Assembly: GCA_002429065.1 (NCBI GenBank)
Contig: DIYN01000048.1
Span: 21,727 to 85,726, forward strand
Direction: 5' to 3'
DNA length: 64,000 nt
DNA from: Verrucomicrobia bacterium UBA6053
Lineage (GTDB): Bacteria; Verrucomicrobiota; Kiritimatiellia; SS1-B-03-39; UBA6053
In this document: positions 50,601 through 59,739 of the stretch, in pieces
How positions within the stretch are numbered: position 1 is the first letter of the stretch
How the letters are laid out: each line of letters starts with the position of its first letter
Program-made: the position numbers and the translations under genes
Notes under the pieces: generated by a model
What the model was told of the DNA's origin: nothing
Database searches by the model: none
What the model saw: only the letters and a program-made list of their open reading frames with translations

Positions 50601-53600
50601 TTGATGATATCCGGATCGGATATGCTGCTGATCCTGCGCCCATCTCCCGTTCGATCGTGGGGCAGCCGATGTCTCAAACGATTGAGGTGCTGAAGCCACT
50701 CTACCTGGCGGTAACGGTGGAGAGTTTTCCGCATCCAACCTTTCAGTGGAAAAAAGACGGGGAGATCATTCCCGGTGCTACAGAGGCTTATTATTCTGTG
50801 GCGACATCCATTCCCGCAACCGCCGGACTCTACACCTGCGAGGTCACACAGGGCAGCACAGTCACCTCAGCCGCAGCGGTGATCACGATTCTGGGGGCTG
50901 CTGAGGCTCCCGTCATCACTTCACACCCGGTGAGTCAGTCCGCCAATCAGGGAGACAACAACATTTTCTTTACGGTTACCGCCTCTGGAGATCCCGCACC
51001 GACCTATCAATGGCGTCGCAACGGTTCGGTGCTGAATGGTGAAACCGGGTCCACCCTGGAACTGGATAACGTGAGTCCTTCCGACTCAGGAACCTACACG
51101 GTGGATGTGAGCAATGCAGTGGGCACCGTGACCAGCACCCCCGCGACCTTGACGGTGAACGCCCGCCCGGTTGCATCCATTGATCCCCGTCTGTGGGCCG
51201 TGCAGGGAAGTCCGCTGACGTTGAATGGCACGGCCTCTGATGACGATCCGATTACGGTCTCCTGGAGTACACTCTCCGGTCCGGGCACGGTGACATTCGG
51301 GAACAGCACTCAGGCCTCGACGACTGCGGAGTTCAGTGTGGAGGGGACCTACAGACTCCGACTTCAGGTTCAGGACGGAGTGTTTACGGTGGCGGATGAG
51401 GTCGATGTGATTGTGTATGAAAGCGGAATCAGTCTGATGGAACTTTCGCCGGTTCATGACGCATATGTCCGGGCCGGCAGTAATGCGGATAAAAAATACA
51501 ACAACTCGGATCTGGAGGTGCGGGAACCTTCCTCTGTGGGAAATAATACCCGGCGTTCCTACCTCCGTTTTGATCTAAGTGGCATTTCCGGTACCGTTGT
51601 GGATGCTCAACTGCAGCTGTATCTCCGGGTCTACCGAAACAACACGACACACCGGCTGCATACAGTGAGTGACGACACCTGGATTGAGTCCGATCTCACC
51701 TTTAACAACGCTCCCGCACAAGAGGGGATCCTTGATAGTTGGATTCCCACAGGAGTTGACTATTACTGGCCTACTGCCACCTCACAGGTGCAGACAGACG
51801 TGGAGGGGAATGGCGCGATCAGTTTTGGACTGTCGGTTTCCAGTGACCGCCAGAATGAATACTCAAGTTCTGAAAATGGAAACACCGCCCAGAGACCCAA
51901 ACTGGTGGTGGCCTATCGGGAATTTACCGTGCCGCAGGTCTCCGTTACTTCCAGTGGAACCGGAAATGAGGCCGTGTCATCACCGGTGTCGTTTACGCTG
52001 ACCCGCTCGCTTTTTCTCGACCAGAGCTTTCCTCTCAATTTCAGCCTGGGTGGGACCTCTGATGACTCGGATTTCACTGTGACAGGTGCGGATACTTACA
52101 CTGCTGGAAGCGGGACGGTATCCTTTGCCGCGAACGAAACGGAAAAAATCATCACGGTGACACCGGGGAATGACAGTACGGTTGAAGGTACTGAAACCGT
52201 ATCCTTCACGATTGATGCCGGTACAGGGTATGAAGCGGTTGAACCCTTGTCCGCCCAGGGCAGCATTCTGGATGCCCAGACCAATTATCCTCCTACAGCC
52301 AGCTTGATATGGCCGGCGTCCGGTACGTCAGTCGGCTCGGATATCGGCCGGTCTCACTGGCTGGAAGTGATGGGCTCAGACGATGGCTTCGGGAATGCAT
52401 CCCTGACGTATTCCTGGAGCAAACTCAGCGGCCCGGGAACGGTTACTTTCGATCAGGTCAGTTCTCCCGGCACCCGGGTGACCGTCAGTGCCGAAGGAAC
52501 CTATTCAATCCGATGCACCGTCAGTGACGGTATCCATGATGCCTCCGTTGAGATCACGCTCGAATCCGGGTCGGGCTCCGTGTCCAGTACGGGGTTGATT
52601 CTGCATTATGCACTGGATGAAAACCCAGGCTCTGGCACCGCAGCCGACAGTTCCGGAAACAACCGCACGGGCACGGTGGGCTCCCAAGTGGTTTTCCATC
52701 CTGCGGATGGTCAGGTGGGCGGAAGTGCGGCGTTTACGAACAACACGAATGCTGAAATTGAGGATGCAGATGCGGAGAATTACCTGAACGGCTTATCCGC
52801 TCTGACCGTCAGCACCTGGGTGAAATCCAGTTCTGCAGACACGGACAGCGGATGGTTGAACGCCCGCAATCCGGCAGGGGGAGGGGACCCCATGCAGTTC
52901 CGGTATGACCGTCAGGCCTTTAAGTCCAATGGCATTTCCCGAAACATGCAGTTCCAAATCTGGACCTCTGACGGGAATATGCTCTATGAAACGGCTGCAA
53001 ATGTTCAAACCACGGAGTGGCAGCATGTGGTCCTCACCTGGCAGTCGGGTGAACTGCCGAACGTCTATCTGGACGGAGTCCTCGATACCCCTAGCTGGGC
53101 AGGCACCTCAGATGTGCAGGGGCAGACTTCCTCCGGGGTTATTTCCTCGGTTGAGACTCTGATTGTCGGCCGATCCGCCAAGGACAACAATGGCTCCTGG
53201 AACGGACGCCTGGATGACCTGCGGATCTATAACCGGGCATTGGACCAGGCTGAGGTCACGCAGTTGTTTAATGGAACCGCTCCCAACACGGTGCCCGCAG
53301 CTTCGCTGTCCGCAGACAGTTCCATCCTGGTCGGCGAGTCGCTGAATCTGGACGGAACGGGTTCCGACGAGGAAACCGCCGCCGGTTCTCTGGGGGCAAA
53401 ATGGACGCAGGTGAGTGGTCCGGGAACGGCCACCTTTGGAGATGAAACCCTGTTTGATACGACGGTTCAGTTTGATGTGGCCGGTGTGTATGAACTTGCG
53501 TTGATTGTGGATGATGGCGAAATGGCAGACGGGGAGATTTTGACGGTCACCGTCACCGGCGGAGAGGTGGACACCAATAACAATGATGTTCCCGACTCCT

Positions 53601-53944
53601 GGGAAACGGTTCACGAAGACAGTTCCATGCCGGGTACGGTTCAGTTGGGGGATGGCAACAATTACGATCTGAGGGATGTCTATTTCTGGGGATTGGACTC
53701 CGGTTCGCCTGAACCGCTCCAGGCAGAACCGCCGGTTGCCACGCCTGCCTCATTTGTGTTCCAGTTTTATGGTGTCCGCGGGGTTCAGTACCGGATCAGC
53801 CGTACCACGGATCTGACGGACAACGACGGCTGGACTGTTCTGCCTGGCTATACCTCGGTACCCGGAAACAATGCGATGATTCCCATTACAGACAGCTCCC
53901 CGGCTGACAACAGTCTCTACCGGATCGAAGTCATTGAAAACTGA
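47624..53944 (+). CDS. Giant M12B/reprolysin-like zinc metallopeptidase with Ig, MAM, DNRLRE-like, Calx-beta, PKD and LamG domains
   Basis: HELGHNVGASH plus Met-turn (GGVM); MAM (TGPNGDNTSGSGKYLYTEAS...DMAIDDI); DAYVR...RSYLRFDL; WQHVV...LDDLRIYNRAL; N-terminal TM. Confidence 0.9.
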   Translation: MDQGNVLKGVGVVLLGAIVGGAILFLQRHSHSPLQEVPQRMAVHSEGGESSFPDVASGLSSSEPAVSTHTFPAVAGPERQPVMPQQMPTAPLSDEMQVWVDEVESGRQVSVSLQGQDRTYLFRPLDVTTDSFRISTGKDSEHSVDFRVYEGRELIGDQLGGGRASMAVVQDTYSIALATAQGDFLIEEDPDSGEMVAVVLGDAGMGEHVCTLHQGQSMVRAPAGDDGTRERIPVSLVLKEAVAGSPGSAGENWVNHSYYRLGPQYDASLRDMPVLWGSSKSQTGSSSSLNSRAASYLTYAARVRDTYERQLGLRFMLMELVMVPNDSSEDDLGESLGEWRTWLSNHRPQSTFDWGHAGLWTLVDGSGGGVIGRAFVDNYGDSALGVSVQERNFDWDVFNHELGHNVGASHSNGGVMNPSLSNNNEDFFKKSENGDYTAAMDIYNHMSTSSDALNKLYGPADLRHPEETPFAITDEVSTPLETPLTFDPLENDIHTVPYGTENALRLIEVGSVYPAAAGTVEVDGELLTFTPSTGYTGNAWFTYTIQGTIGNGGRGWLHAADVIVSVGGSSADPTLSPALALQDDYLDATLLEPVRFNPLLNDEGEGRLWAGRVDVVLGPGDTTPESYSDDPFQLTNVAVVSGTGSVSLESLQVVDASTPSSGFTGYVVYTPGPGEGNLVHLTYDVKDANGTTATANVYLNRKIGLTTSASVAALLETEGKVATLTISRPPTAGTVSDETVYFALSGNAKLSGPNADVVVTGYQEFHLPTQTGSVVIPAGQMSTSLTVWARPDALTEGTELLSLLLLDAETLLADPNEAVVLEIRDSGPITTFLLNEDLDGFNSTQDASWNGWSNPTDDDMDWRVNSGSTGSSSTGPNGDNTSGSGKYLYTEASGSSNRTAHFLSPTLDTSSAPALLLEFAYNMYGSDMGDLHVDVYSNGSWTQNVIPPFVGQQSQNGDDWKTLFLDLGGYRASDFRVRFRGETGDSFRSDMAIDDIRIGYAADPAPISRSIVGQPMSQTIEVLKPLYLAVTVESFPHPTFQWKKDGEIIPGATEAYYSVATSIPATAGLYTCEVTQGSTVTSAAAVITILGAAEAPVITSHPVSQSANQGDNNIFFTVTASGDPAPTYQWRRNGSVLNGETGSTLELDNVSPSDSGTYTVDVSNAVGTVTSTPATLTVNARPVASIDPRLWAVQGSPLTLNGTASDDDPITVSWSTLSGPGTVTFGNSTQASTTAEFSVEGTYRLRLQVQDGVFTVADEVDVIVYESGISLMELSPVHDAYVRAGSNADKKYNNSDLEVREPSSVGNNTRRSYLRFDLSGISGTVVDAQLQLYLRVYRNNTTHRLHTVSDDTWIESDLTFNNAPAQEGILDSWIPTGVDYYWPTATSQVQTDVEGNGAISFGLSVSSDRQNEYSSSENGNTAQRPKLVVAYREFTVPQVSVTSSGTGNEAVSSPVSFTLTRSLFLDQSFPLNFSLGGTSDDSDFTVTGADTYTAGSGTVSFAANETEKIITVTPGNDSTVEGTETVSFTIDAGTGYEAVEPLSAQGSILDAQTNYPPTASLIWPASGTSVGSDIGRSHWLEVMGSDDGFGNASLTYSWSKLSGPGTVTFDQVSSPGTRVTVSAEGTYSIRCTVSDGIHDASVEITLESGSGSVSSTGLILHYALDENPGSGTAADSSGNNRTGTVGSQVVFHPADGQVGGSAAFTNNTNAEIEDADAENYLNGLSALTVSTWVKSSSADTDSGWLNARNPAGGGDPMQFRYDRQAFKSNGISRNMQFQIWTSDGNMLYETAANVQTTEWQHVVLTWQSGELPNVYLDGVLDTPSWAGTSDVQGQTSSGVISSVETLIVGRSAKDNNGSWNGRLDDLRIYNRALDQAEVTQLFNGTAPNTVPAASLSADSSILVGESLNLDGTGSDEETAAGSLGAKWTQVSGPGTATFGDETLFDTTVQFDVAGVYELALIVDDGEMADGEILTVTVTGGEVDTNNNDVPDSWETVHEDSSMPGTVQLGDGNNYDLRDVYFWGLDSGSPEPLQAEPPVATPASFVFQFYGVRGVQYRISRTTDLTDNDGWTVLPGYTSVPGNNAMIPITDSSPADNSLYRIEVIEN

Positions 53945-53990
53945 CCGGATACCGGACTAAGATTGCTTCTGCGGCAGACGTCCCAGGGGT

Positions 53991-54806
53991 ATGAAGGTTC
54001 GAATGATGGGTATTGGTGTGATGGTTCCGTTGTGGCTCCTGAGTTCATTCCTGTTTGCAGACACCTCCGACCCGGGAGAGGGGCTGTCTGCAGTGATGCG
54101 GGACTCTGATCTGATTGCGCTTGCAGAGGTCAAGCACGTGGAGATCAGGATCCAAACCAAGCAGCAGACGCACTATGTGTTGCACTGTACCCTGCAGAAA
54201 CTTCTGAAAGGAAACAAACCGGAGGAGCCTCTGAAGGTATATCTGACAATACCGGTGGAGGACACAACAGAGAACACACAGGTGACCCCTCCGGAAAAAG
54301 GGACGTCCTGTTGGTTCTTTCTGTATGGACCCCATCATCACCTTCGGCCTGTCTCTCCAGCGGGAGGAATTCGGCAGCCGGAGGAAACGGATCAGGCCTT
54401 TCAGACGGAACTTCAGAAGCTCGTGGAAAAGGGGCCCCGAATTCGGGAAGTCAGGTTACATGTCTCCGTGGAAAATGGCTGGTCCGCGTATTTTCAGGTC
54501 CATTCAGGAGGCCGAACCCATGGGGGTCACGTGAGTGGAGGAGATCAGGTTCTGGTGCACATGCGGGATGGCCGGATAACAGAGGCAGAGGTTCTGGATG
54601 AGATGGTGAAACTCGCGGAGGATGTCTACGACTCCAATGTGCCGACGGACCCTGTCATCCGCACCAAGGATCTGGTCTATATCCGGATCGAGACCTTCGA
54701 CGGTTCAACCAAAACATACCAGAAAGCCCGGAAAGAAGAGTTTGCGAATGAGAGGCTTCGCACACTTGAAGCTCTTCTGCTCGAGCACCGGATCGGAGGG
54801 TGGTAG
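53991..54806 (+). CDS. Hypothetical exported protein
   Basis: 271-aa ORF with a signal peptide-like N-terminus filling the gap. Confidence 0.65.
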   Translation: MKVRMMGIGVMVPLWLLSSFLFADTSDPGEGLSAVMRDSDLIALAEVKHVEIRIQTKQQTHYVLHCTLQKLLKGNKPEEPLKVYLTIPVEDTTENTQVTPPEKGTSCWFFLYGPHHHLRPVSPAGGIRQPEETDQAFQTELQKLVEKGPRIREVRLHVSVENGWSAYFQVHSGGRTHGGHVSGGDQVLVHMRDGRITEAEVLDEMVKLAEDVYDSNVPTDPVIRTKDLVYIRIETFDGSTKTYQKARKEEFANERLRTLEALLLEHRIGGW

Positions 54807-54848
54807 GCCCTGAACCGGTGTCGCAGACAGGTGTCTGCATCTGCGACG

Positions 54849-56369
54849 TCACCTCACGTCAATGGAGACGTCCCGGGTCTCATAATCAAACCGGATCCGG
54901 ACCGCATCTCCAGGGCGTTTGACGGTGACCGTAAACGGATCTCCTCCGGCCACCCCACCTTGTTTCGTCAGATCGGATTGGGAGCCGCCAACGGCAATGG
55001 CGAATGAAAAGCTGCCTGCCAGAGGGAGCACGAAGGTCTGTTCAAACACACCATTCCCGATGTGCAGCAACCGGCTCCAGGGACAAGAGGCATCTCCCGG
55101 AATTCCTCCCGTATAGGTTTGAAGCTCTCCGAGTACCGAAACCGGTTCCGGTACCCGGACCCCGCTTGGTGTCAGCGCCTGAGGGATAGGGGAGGGTTCC
55201 GGTTTCAGGTCCTCTTCCTGCCATATGGCGCTAATGGCCGATTCATCTCCAAATCCTTCCGGGCAGGAGGTGGAGGATGCATTGGCGCGGTAAAACTCGA
55301 CGAACACACCATTCCGTTCAAAAGATGCATGTTCCAGCAGCCGGGTGACGGGAGGCTGGAAATACCATTCTGCTCCGGTATGACGTGTCCAACGGTGGGC
55401 GTAGCGGAGGAATTCCCGTCGCGGCTCATCCTCAAGGCGTGCCAGCCATGAAATTTCATCATATCCCCAGCGTCCGATTTGGGAGAGTTTCACCGGATCC
55501 TCCCATTCGGGTGATCCCGGAGAGAGGCTGTACCCGCACCAGTTGTCCACTTCCACCAGGACCGGCCCGTCTTCGCATTCCCATCCTCCGGGATGCTGAC
55601 CCGAGATCGCGTCCCCGCGTTTCAGGAGTGCGAGCTGGGGACGGTGCTCAATGAGCCCCCGGGCGGACATTGGACGGCTGGTGAAATCAAAAAGAAGGGT
55701 TCCGTCTACAGCCATACCATGCCCGTGAGCATCCAGAAGAACCCAGCCGCGACGGGCATGCGTTGCCGCCAGGGAGCGCAGGATGCTGCAAAGCCGAACC
55801 GCCTGTTTGAATCCCCGGTCAGCTCCGCAGATTAGATGCATCTGCCCCAGATGAATGGCCTCATATCCGGCCTGCAGGTAACGGAGACCCCGGTAGACAA
55901 ACCAGCGCATGGTTTCCGGAGAGGTGAGGTCCGGTACATTTCCTCCGTCCCAGGGTCCACCTGCCACCCCCTGATCGGGCCGAAGGACAGAACCCATCAT
56001 GTCGTCATACCGGAAACGGCGGGTCTCCACCTCTTCCCCGAGTACCTCAAAGACTTCCCGGGGGATCGCGATCTGTTCCACATCGGGATAGACGGCTTCA
56101 AAAATCGCAGCCTGGAGTACGATGTCTTCATCCACCTCGAAATGAACCCGACGGGCCCACTCTGCTGCAAGCTGTAGATGGGCGAGATCGTCGGGTTTGG
56201 TGATCCACACATATGCAGAACGGCCGATGAAACGGGGCCGGATCTGCTTCAGCATGCGGAGATCATCCTCGATGCAGGGCGAGACGGGTCCGTTGGTCAG
56301 AGTGACGGCACGCGAAAGAATGTGGTTGAGGGATTCACGTGAGGTGAGGGTGCCGGGGGTGGAGGACAT
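54849..56369 (-). CDS. Hypothetical glycanase-like protein with C-terminal pullulanase X25-like module
   Basis: 506 aa, no signal peptide; C-terminal VLGELQ...GNGVFEQTF.LP.AGSFSFAIAVGGS...FDYET; divergent from GH130. Confidence 0.6.
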   Translation of the reverse strand: MSSTPGTLTSRESLNHILSRAVTLTNGPVSPCIEDDLRMLKQIRPRFIGRSAYVWITKPDDLAHLQLAAEWARRVHFEVDEDIVLQAAIFEAVYPDVEQIAIPREVFEVLGEEVETRRFRYDDMMGSVLRPDQGVAGGPWDGGNVPDLTSPETMRWFVYRGLRYLQAGYEAIHLGQMHLICGADRGFKQAVRLCSILRSLAATHARRGWVLLDAHGHGMAVDGTLLFDFTSRPMSARGLIEHRPQLALLKRGDAISGQHPGGWECEDGPVLVEVDNWCGYSLSPGSPEWEDPVKLSQIGRWGYDEISWLARLEDEPRREFLRYAHRWTRHTGAEWYFQPPVTRLLEHASFERNGVFVEFYRANASSTSCPEGFGDESAISAIWQEEDLKPEPSPIPQALTPSGVRVPEPVSVLGELQTYTGGIPGDASCPWSRLLHIGNGVFEQTFVLPLAGSFSFAIAVGGSQSDLTKQGGVAGGDPFTVTVKRPGDAVRIRFDYETRDVSIDVR

Positions 56370-56462
56370 GAATGGAAGATGGATTCAGATTGACGTGGAA
56401 CAGGGTGGCTGGTTCATGTATTCCGACCAACGCTTCTTCGCAATTCAAACCGAGAAAAAAGC

Positions 56463-57458
56463 ATGAATCTGACCCGCTGCCCTGAAAATCCGATTGTGAC
56501 CGCTGGACACCAACCCTGGCGCAAGGTCGCCAGTTTCAATCCGGGGGTGGTGCTGTCCGGGGATACCTTTTACATGCTCGAGCGGGCGTGTGAGACCCTG
56601 GATCCTCTCAAATGCAATGTGGGGCTCCTTTCCAGTAAAGACGGGATTCATTTTCAGTTGGAGCAGGAGACGCCGGTACTGAAACCTGAGGATTTTGATG
56701 CCCCGGACGGTACGGTGGAGGATCCACGGATTGTGAGCATTGAGGGTACCTTTTACATGACCTTTGTCTTTCGTCGGGTGGTGTCCGGCTGCATCCCCAA
56801 CGGGATTGGGGTTCCCGGATACACCAACCTGCCCGGACAGGGGCTTGACGAAGGGAATCCGTACCGCACGGGTATCGTAAAATCTGAGAATCTGCGCGAC
56901 TGGGAGTTTCTGGGGTTTATCCCGACCGACAGTAACCATGACCGGGACAATGTCCTCTTCCCTGGAAAGATCGGAGGCCGGTATGCGATGCTCCGCCGTC
57001 CCAGTGACTATGTTGGACCCACCTACGGCTGTGATCGCCCCAGTATCTGGATCTCCTTTTCCGAGGATTTGAAGGAATGGACCGACCCGGAACTCGTGGC
57101 CCAGCCCGAGGCGGACTGGGAGTCCCAGAAAATCGGAGCCGGTACCTGTCCGGCCCTGACGGAAAAAGGCTGGCTGATGGTGTATCATGGCGTGGACGAT
57201 GAACACATTTACCGGGCGGGACTGATGCTGTTGGACAAAGAAGATCCCCGCAAGGTGATAGGCCGCACTCAAGACTTCATCATGGAACCGGAGACCTACT
57301 ACGAGAAATTCGGACTGATTATCCCCCGGGTGATCTTTCCGTCCGCTTTTGTCGTCCGGGATGACACGCTCTATGTGTATTATGGTTGTACGGACACCGC
57401 CACCTCCCTGGCCACCGCGCCAATGTCGGACGTGTTTGCGGCGTTAGAGGAAGGATAA
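56463..57458 (+). CDS. GH130 family glycosidase/phosphorylase
   Basis: ENPI, FNPG, VEDPRI, DNVLFPGKIGGRYAMLRRP, KIGAG, WLMVYHGV, YYGCTD. Confidence 0.9.
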   Translation: MNLTRCPENPIVTAGHQPWRKVASFNPGVVLSGDTFYMLERACETLDPLKCNVGLLSSKDGIHFQLEQETPVLKPEDFDAPDGTVEDPRIVSIEGTFYMTFVFRRVVSGCIPNGIGVPGYTNLPGQGLDEGNPYRTGIVKSENLRDWEFLGFIPTDSNHDRDNVLFPGKIGGRYAMLRRPSDYVGPTYGCDRPSIWISFSEDLKEWTDPELVAQPEADWESQKIGAGTCPALTEKGWLMVYHGVDDEHIYRAGLMLLDKEDPRKVIGRTQDFIMEPETYYEKFGLIIPRVIFPSAFVVRDDTLYVYYGCTDTATSLATAPMSDVFAALEEG

Positions 57459-57500
57459 ACCGAAACGGAACCGTTGCCTGTATTACTCTGCATGTGATGC

Positions 57501-58217
57501 TCACAGCCGCCACTTCCTCGACAGCGAGGCTCCGACCTTTCCCACCACCTCGCCGGAGGAGTAGATACTGGCCATCCACTGGTATTGATCCCGTTTTCCG
57601 GATTCGGGGCGATCCGGGTTGAGGGTTCGATCTCGATACCGTTCCACCCGTGTTTTCACAACCAGCAACTGCTTCCTGGCCATGATGGAATCTCCGAAAC
57701 GGAATGCGTTCAGAAAAAGGAGGCTGAGGGGACCGGAGGCGTCTGCGGAGATGCGGATCAGCAGGCGGGTCTGGGCTTCCTCGGGTCTGGTATGGATGTC
57801 GAATACACATCGGACGTTTCCGCCAGGGATGCGTAGACCATTGGCCCACCATGTAAGAGAGCGGTGGGGGGCAACAAATTCCAGTCGCCCGATGGGACTG
57901 ACGTCCCCTACCTTCGGAGGCGGGATCCAGCCGACCAGATGCTGTGCGGATGTTTTTCCTCCGTTGTCGATCCAATCATAACTGTACCAACCAGCCCCAC
58001 GACCCATTTGAGCCATCCATTGCCAGACGAGGTCCGGAGAGGCCTCAATGGAGATCGCCCGGGTCATGCGGATGCGGCGATGGCCTTTGACTCCGAACAA
58101 GTCATCACCGGGAAGAGCTGACTGTTGTTCCTCTTTGGTTGATCCCCACGTACAGCCCCAGCGCGTGAAAAGCACTGCGGCAGAGATCAGAAGGATGCAT
58201 GGGAGGATGAACATCAT
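57501..58217 (-). CDS. SRPBCC-like hypothetical protein
   Basis: WGST.EE...LPGD, TRAISIEASPDLVWQWMAQMG, AGWYSYDWIDN. Confidence 0.75.
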   Translation of the reverse strand: MMFILPCILLISAAVLFTRWGCTWGSTKEEQQSALPGDDLFGVKGHRRIRMTRAISIEASPDLVWQWMAQMGRGAGWYSYDWIDNGGKTSAQHLVGWIPPPKVGDVSPIGRLEFVAPHRSLTWWANGLRIPGGNVRCVFDIHTRPEEAQTRLLIRISADASGPLSLLFLNAFRFGDSIMARKQLLVVKTRVERYRDRTLNPDRPESGKRDQYQWMASIYSSGEVVGKVGASLSRKWRL

Positions 58218-58248
58218 ATGAGCAGGTCCTCCCGCCTTGCCTTAAGCG

Positions 58249-58464
58249 TTAGTCTGACAACTCAATGATTCCCAGTGTCCCCATCACGCCGAAGACAAGG
58301 AGAGCGAGGCCAAGCAGGGCATAGAAGATTCTTGCCCCGTTGCGAGTGAGGATTGCCACCATGAGCCTGGCTTTGCGGGCATTCATAAAAAAATCCCAAT
58401 CAAAGATCGCACCCAGCATGGAAAAGGCTCCAATTGCAACAAACAACAAACCAAACGGGCTCAT
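58249..58464 (-). CDS. Imm17-like small membrane immunity protein
   Basis: IGAFSMLGAIFDWDFFM...GARIFYALLG; AAGGAG RBS. Confidence 0.75.
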   Translation of the reverse strand: MSPFGLLFVAIGAFSMLGAIFDWDFFMNARKARLMVAILTRNGARIFYALLGLALLVFGVMGTLGIIELSD

Positions 58465-58578
58465 AGGTTCTTATCTCCTTGATGTCATGACCAGTGCCTT
58501 CGGGGCCATCTCGTTATGCCCTTGCGGCTCTGTTACCCTGTTTGTTCCGGTTGGACCAGCTTAGAATCTCGAACCTTC

Positions 58579-59085
58579 TTAGTTTGGATTCTCTACGTTC
58601 TCCGATGGTCCAAGTGGGCTCGCTCCTGTCCATGTACCCTCCTCGGACCATTGTTTGAGATGGTCCATCCGGGTTTCAAGTGCGGATTGAAGCCGGGGCT
58701 TCAGCACAACAGTATCAATCATCCTGCCGATAACGCCGAATCCGGTTTCCACGGTCATCTCATCCCGGAGCAAGGTGACGTCACCCTCCAGCTTCTGCAA
58801 GGAATACCGGTGATGAAACCGCTTAAACGGCCCGGTCCGGTTGGTTTCATGGTAGCATACAGGTTTTTCACATGCCGTGACCTGCATCGTGAGATGGAAT
58901 CGCAGTCCAAAATACCTGGCGGACCACCGTGTCCATTCATGCATCTCCAATTCCCCCTGCTGCCTCCCGGCAACAGCCCGGGCCTGAATGGCCGGAACGG
59001 CAGCGGCGTGCACCTCCACATTCCGCACCATATCAAATACATGTTCAATGGGCGCTTCGATTTCACGACTGGAAAACAGTTTCAT
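58579..59085 (-). CDS. SRPBCC family protein
   Basis: IEAPIEHVFD, WSARYFG, GPFKRFHH. Confidence 0.8.
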   Translation of the reverse strand: MKLFSSREIEAPIEHVFDMVRNVEVHAAAVPAIQARAVAGRQQGELEMHEWTRWSARYFGLRFHLTMQVTACEKPVCYHETNRTGPFKRFHHRYSLQKLEGDVTLLRDEMTVETGFGVIGRMIDTVVLKPRLQSALETRMDHLKQWSEEGTWTGASPLGPSENVENPN

Positions 59086-59109
59086 TCTGTGGGGATCCTT
59101 TGAAACATC

Positions 59110-59304
59110 GGCCTCCGGCCTGTCGTCATCTCAGGCCAGAGGCCTAAGCTCCATACGAGGTTGCTGTGTGTGGTGAGAATGGGAGGATAGGCCTCCGGCC
59201 TGTCATCATCTCAGGCCAGAGGCCTAAGCTCCATACGAGGTCGCCTTGGGTGGTGAGAATAGGAGGATAGGCCTCCGGCCTGTCATCTTTACAAGCCGGA
59301 GGCC
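59110..59304. repeat. Tandem array of about 2.4 copies of an 80-bp REP-like hairpin unit
   Basis: Units start at 59110, 59190 and 59270; units 1 and 2 are 74/80 identical; each has a GGCCTCCGGCCTG...CAGGCCAGAGGCC-type stem. Confidence 0.92.
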
Positions 59305-59309
59305 CCATT

Positions 59310-59699
59310 TCAGTTTGCGGGTCCCTGTACCGGGATTGCCGGTGGAACTTTGTGGACCAGAGCCCGACGACGGAACCGGCTGAACACATAGATGTTAAAG
59401 AAATGCATCAGCCCGAGGATCACCATGACCACTCCGAATTTTTCGCTGAAGAGTTCAATGCCTCCCCGCATTCCCTCCCGCATGGTGTCTGTTTTCAGAA
59501 AGAGGGAAATGAACCCAAGGTTAATGAGGTAGAAGCCCACCACCAGCAGATGGTTCACAGATTCTGCCAGTACCTTGTTTCCGTGAAACGCATCCGTAAG
59601 AAAAACCTGGCCGTTTTTATGCAGTGTCCGTGCGACCCAGATGGTCATGCCGATACTCACGGCGGCGTAGGTGACGTAGGTCCATTCAATGACGTTCAT
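59310..59699 (-). CDS. Conserved-looking three-TM membrane protein
   Basis: WVARTLHKNG, LAESVNHLLVVGFYLINLG, LGLMHFFN; AGGAG RBS. Confidence 0.85.
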   Translation of the reverse strand: MNVIEWTYVTYAAVSIGMTIWVARTLHKNGQVFLTDAFHGNKVLAESVNHLLVVGFYLINLGFISLFLKTDTMREGMRGGIELFSEKFGVVMVILGLMHFFNIYVFSRFRRRALVHKVPPAIPVQGPAN

Positions 59700-59739
59700 G
59701 TGACTCTCCTTGTTGGTTGTTGATTTATTAATTACCGAT

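Noticed and set aside
59110..59304. Possible CRISPR array
   Set aside because: The linkers are near-identical rather than unique spacers, there are only three hairpins, and no cas gene is present.
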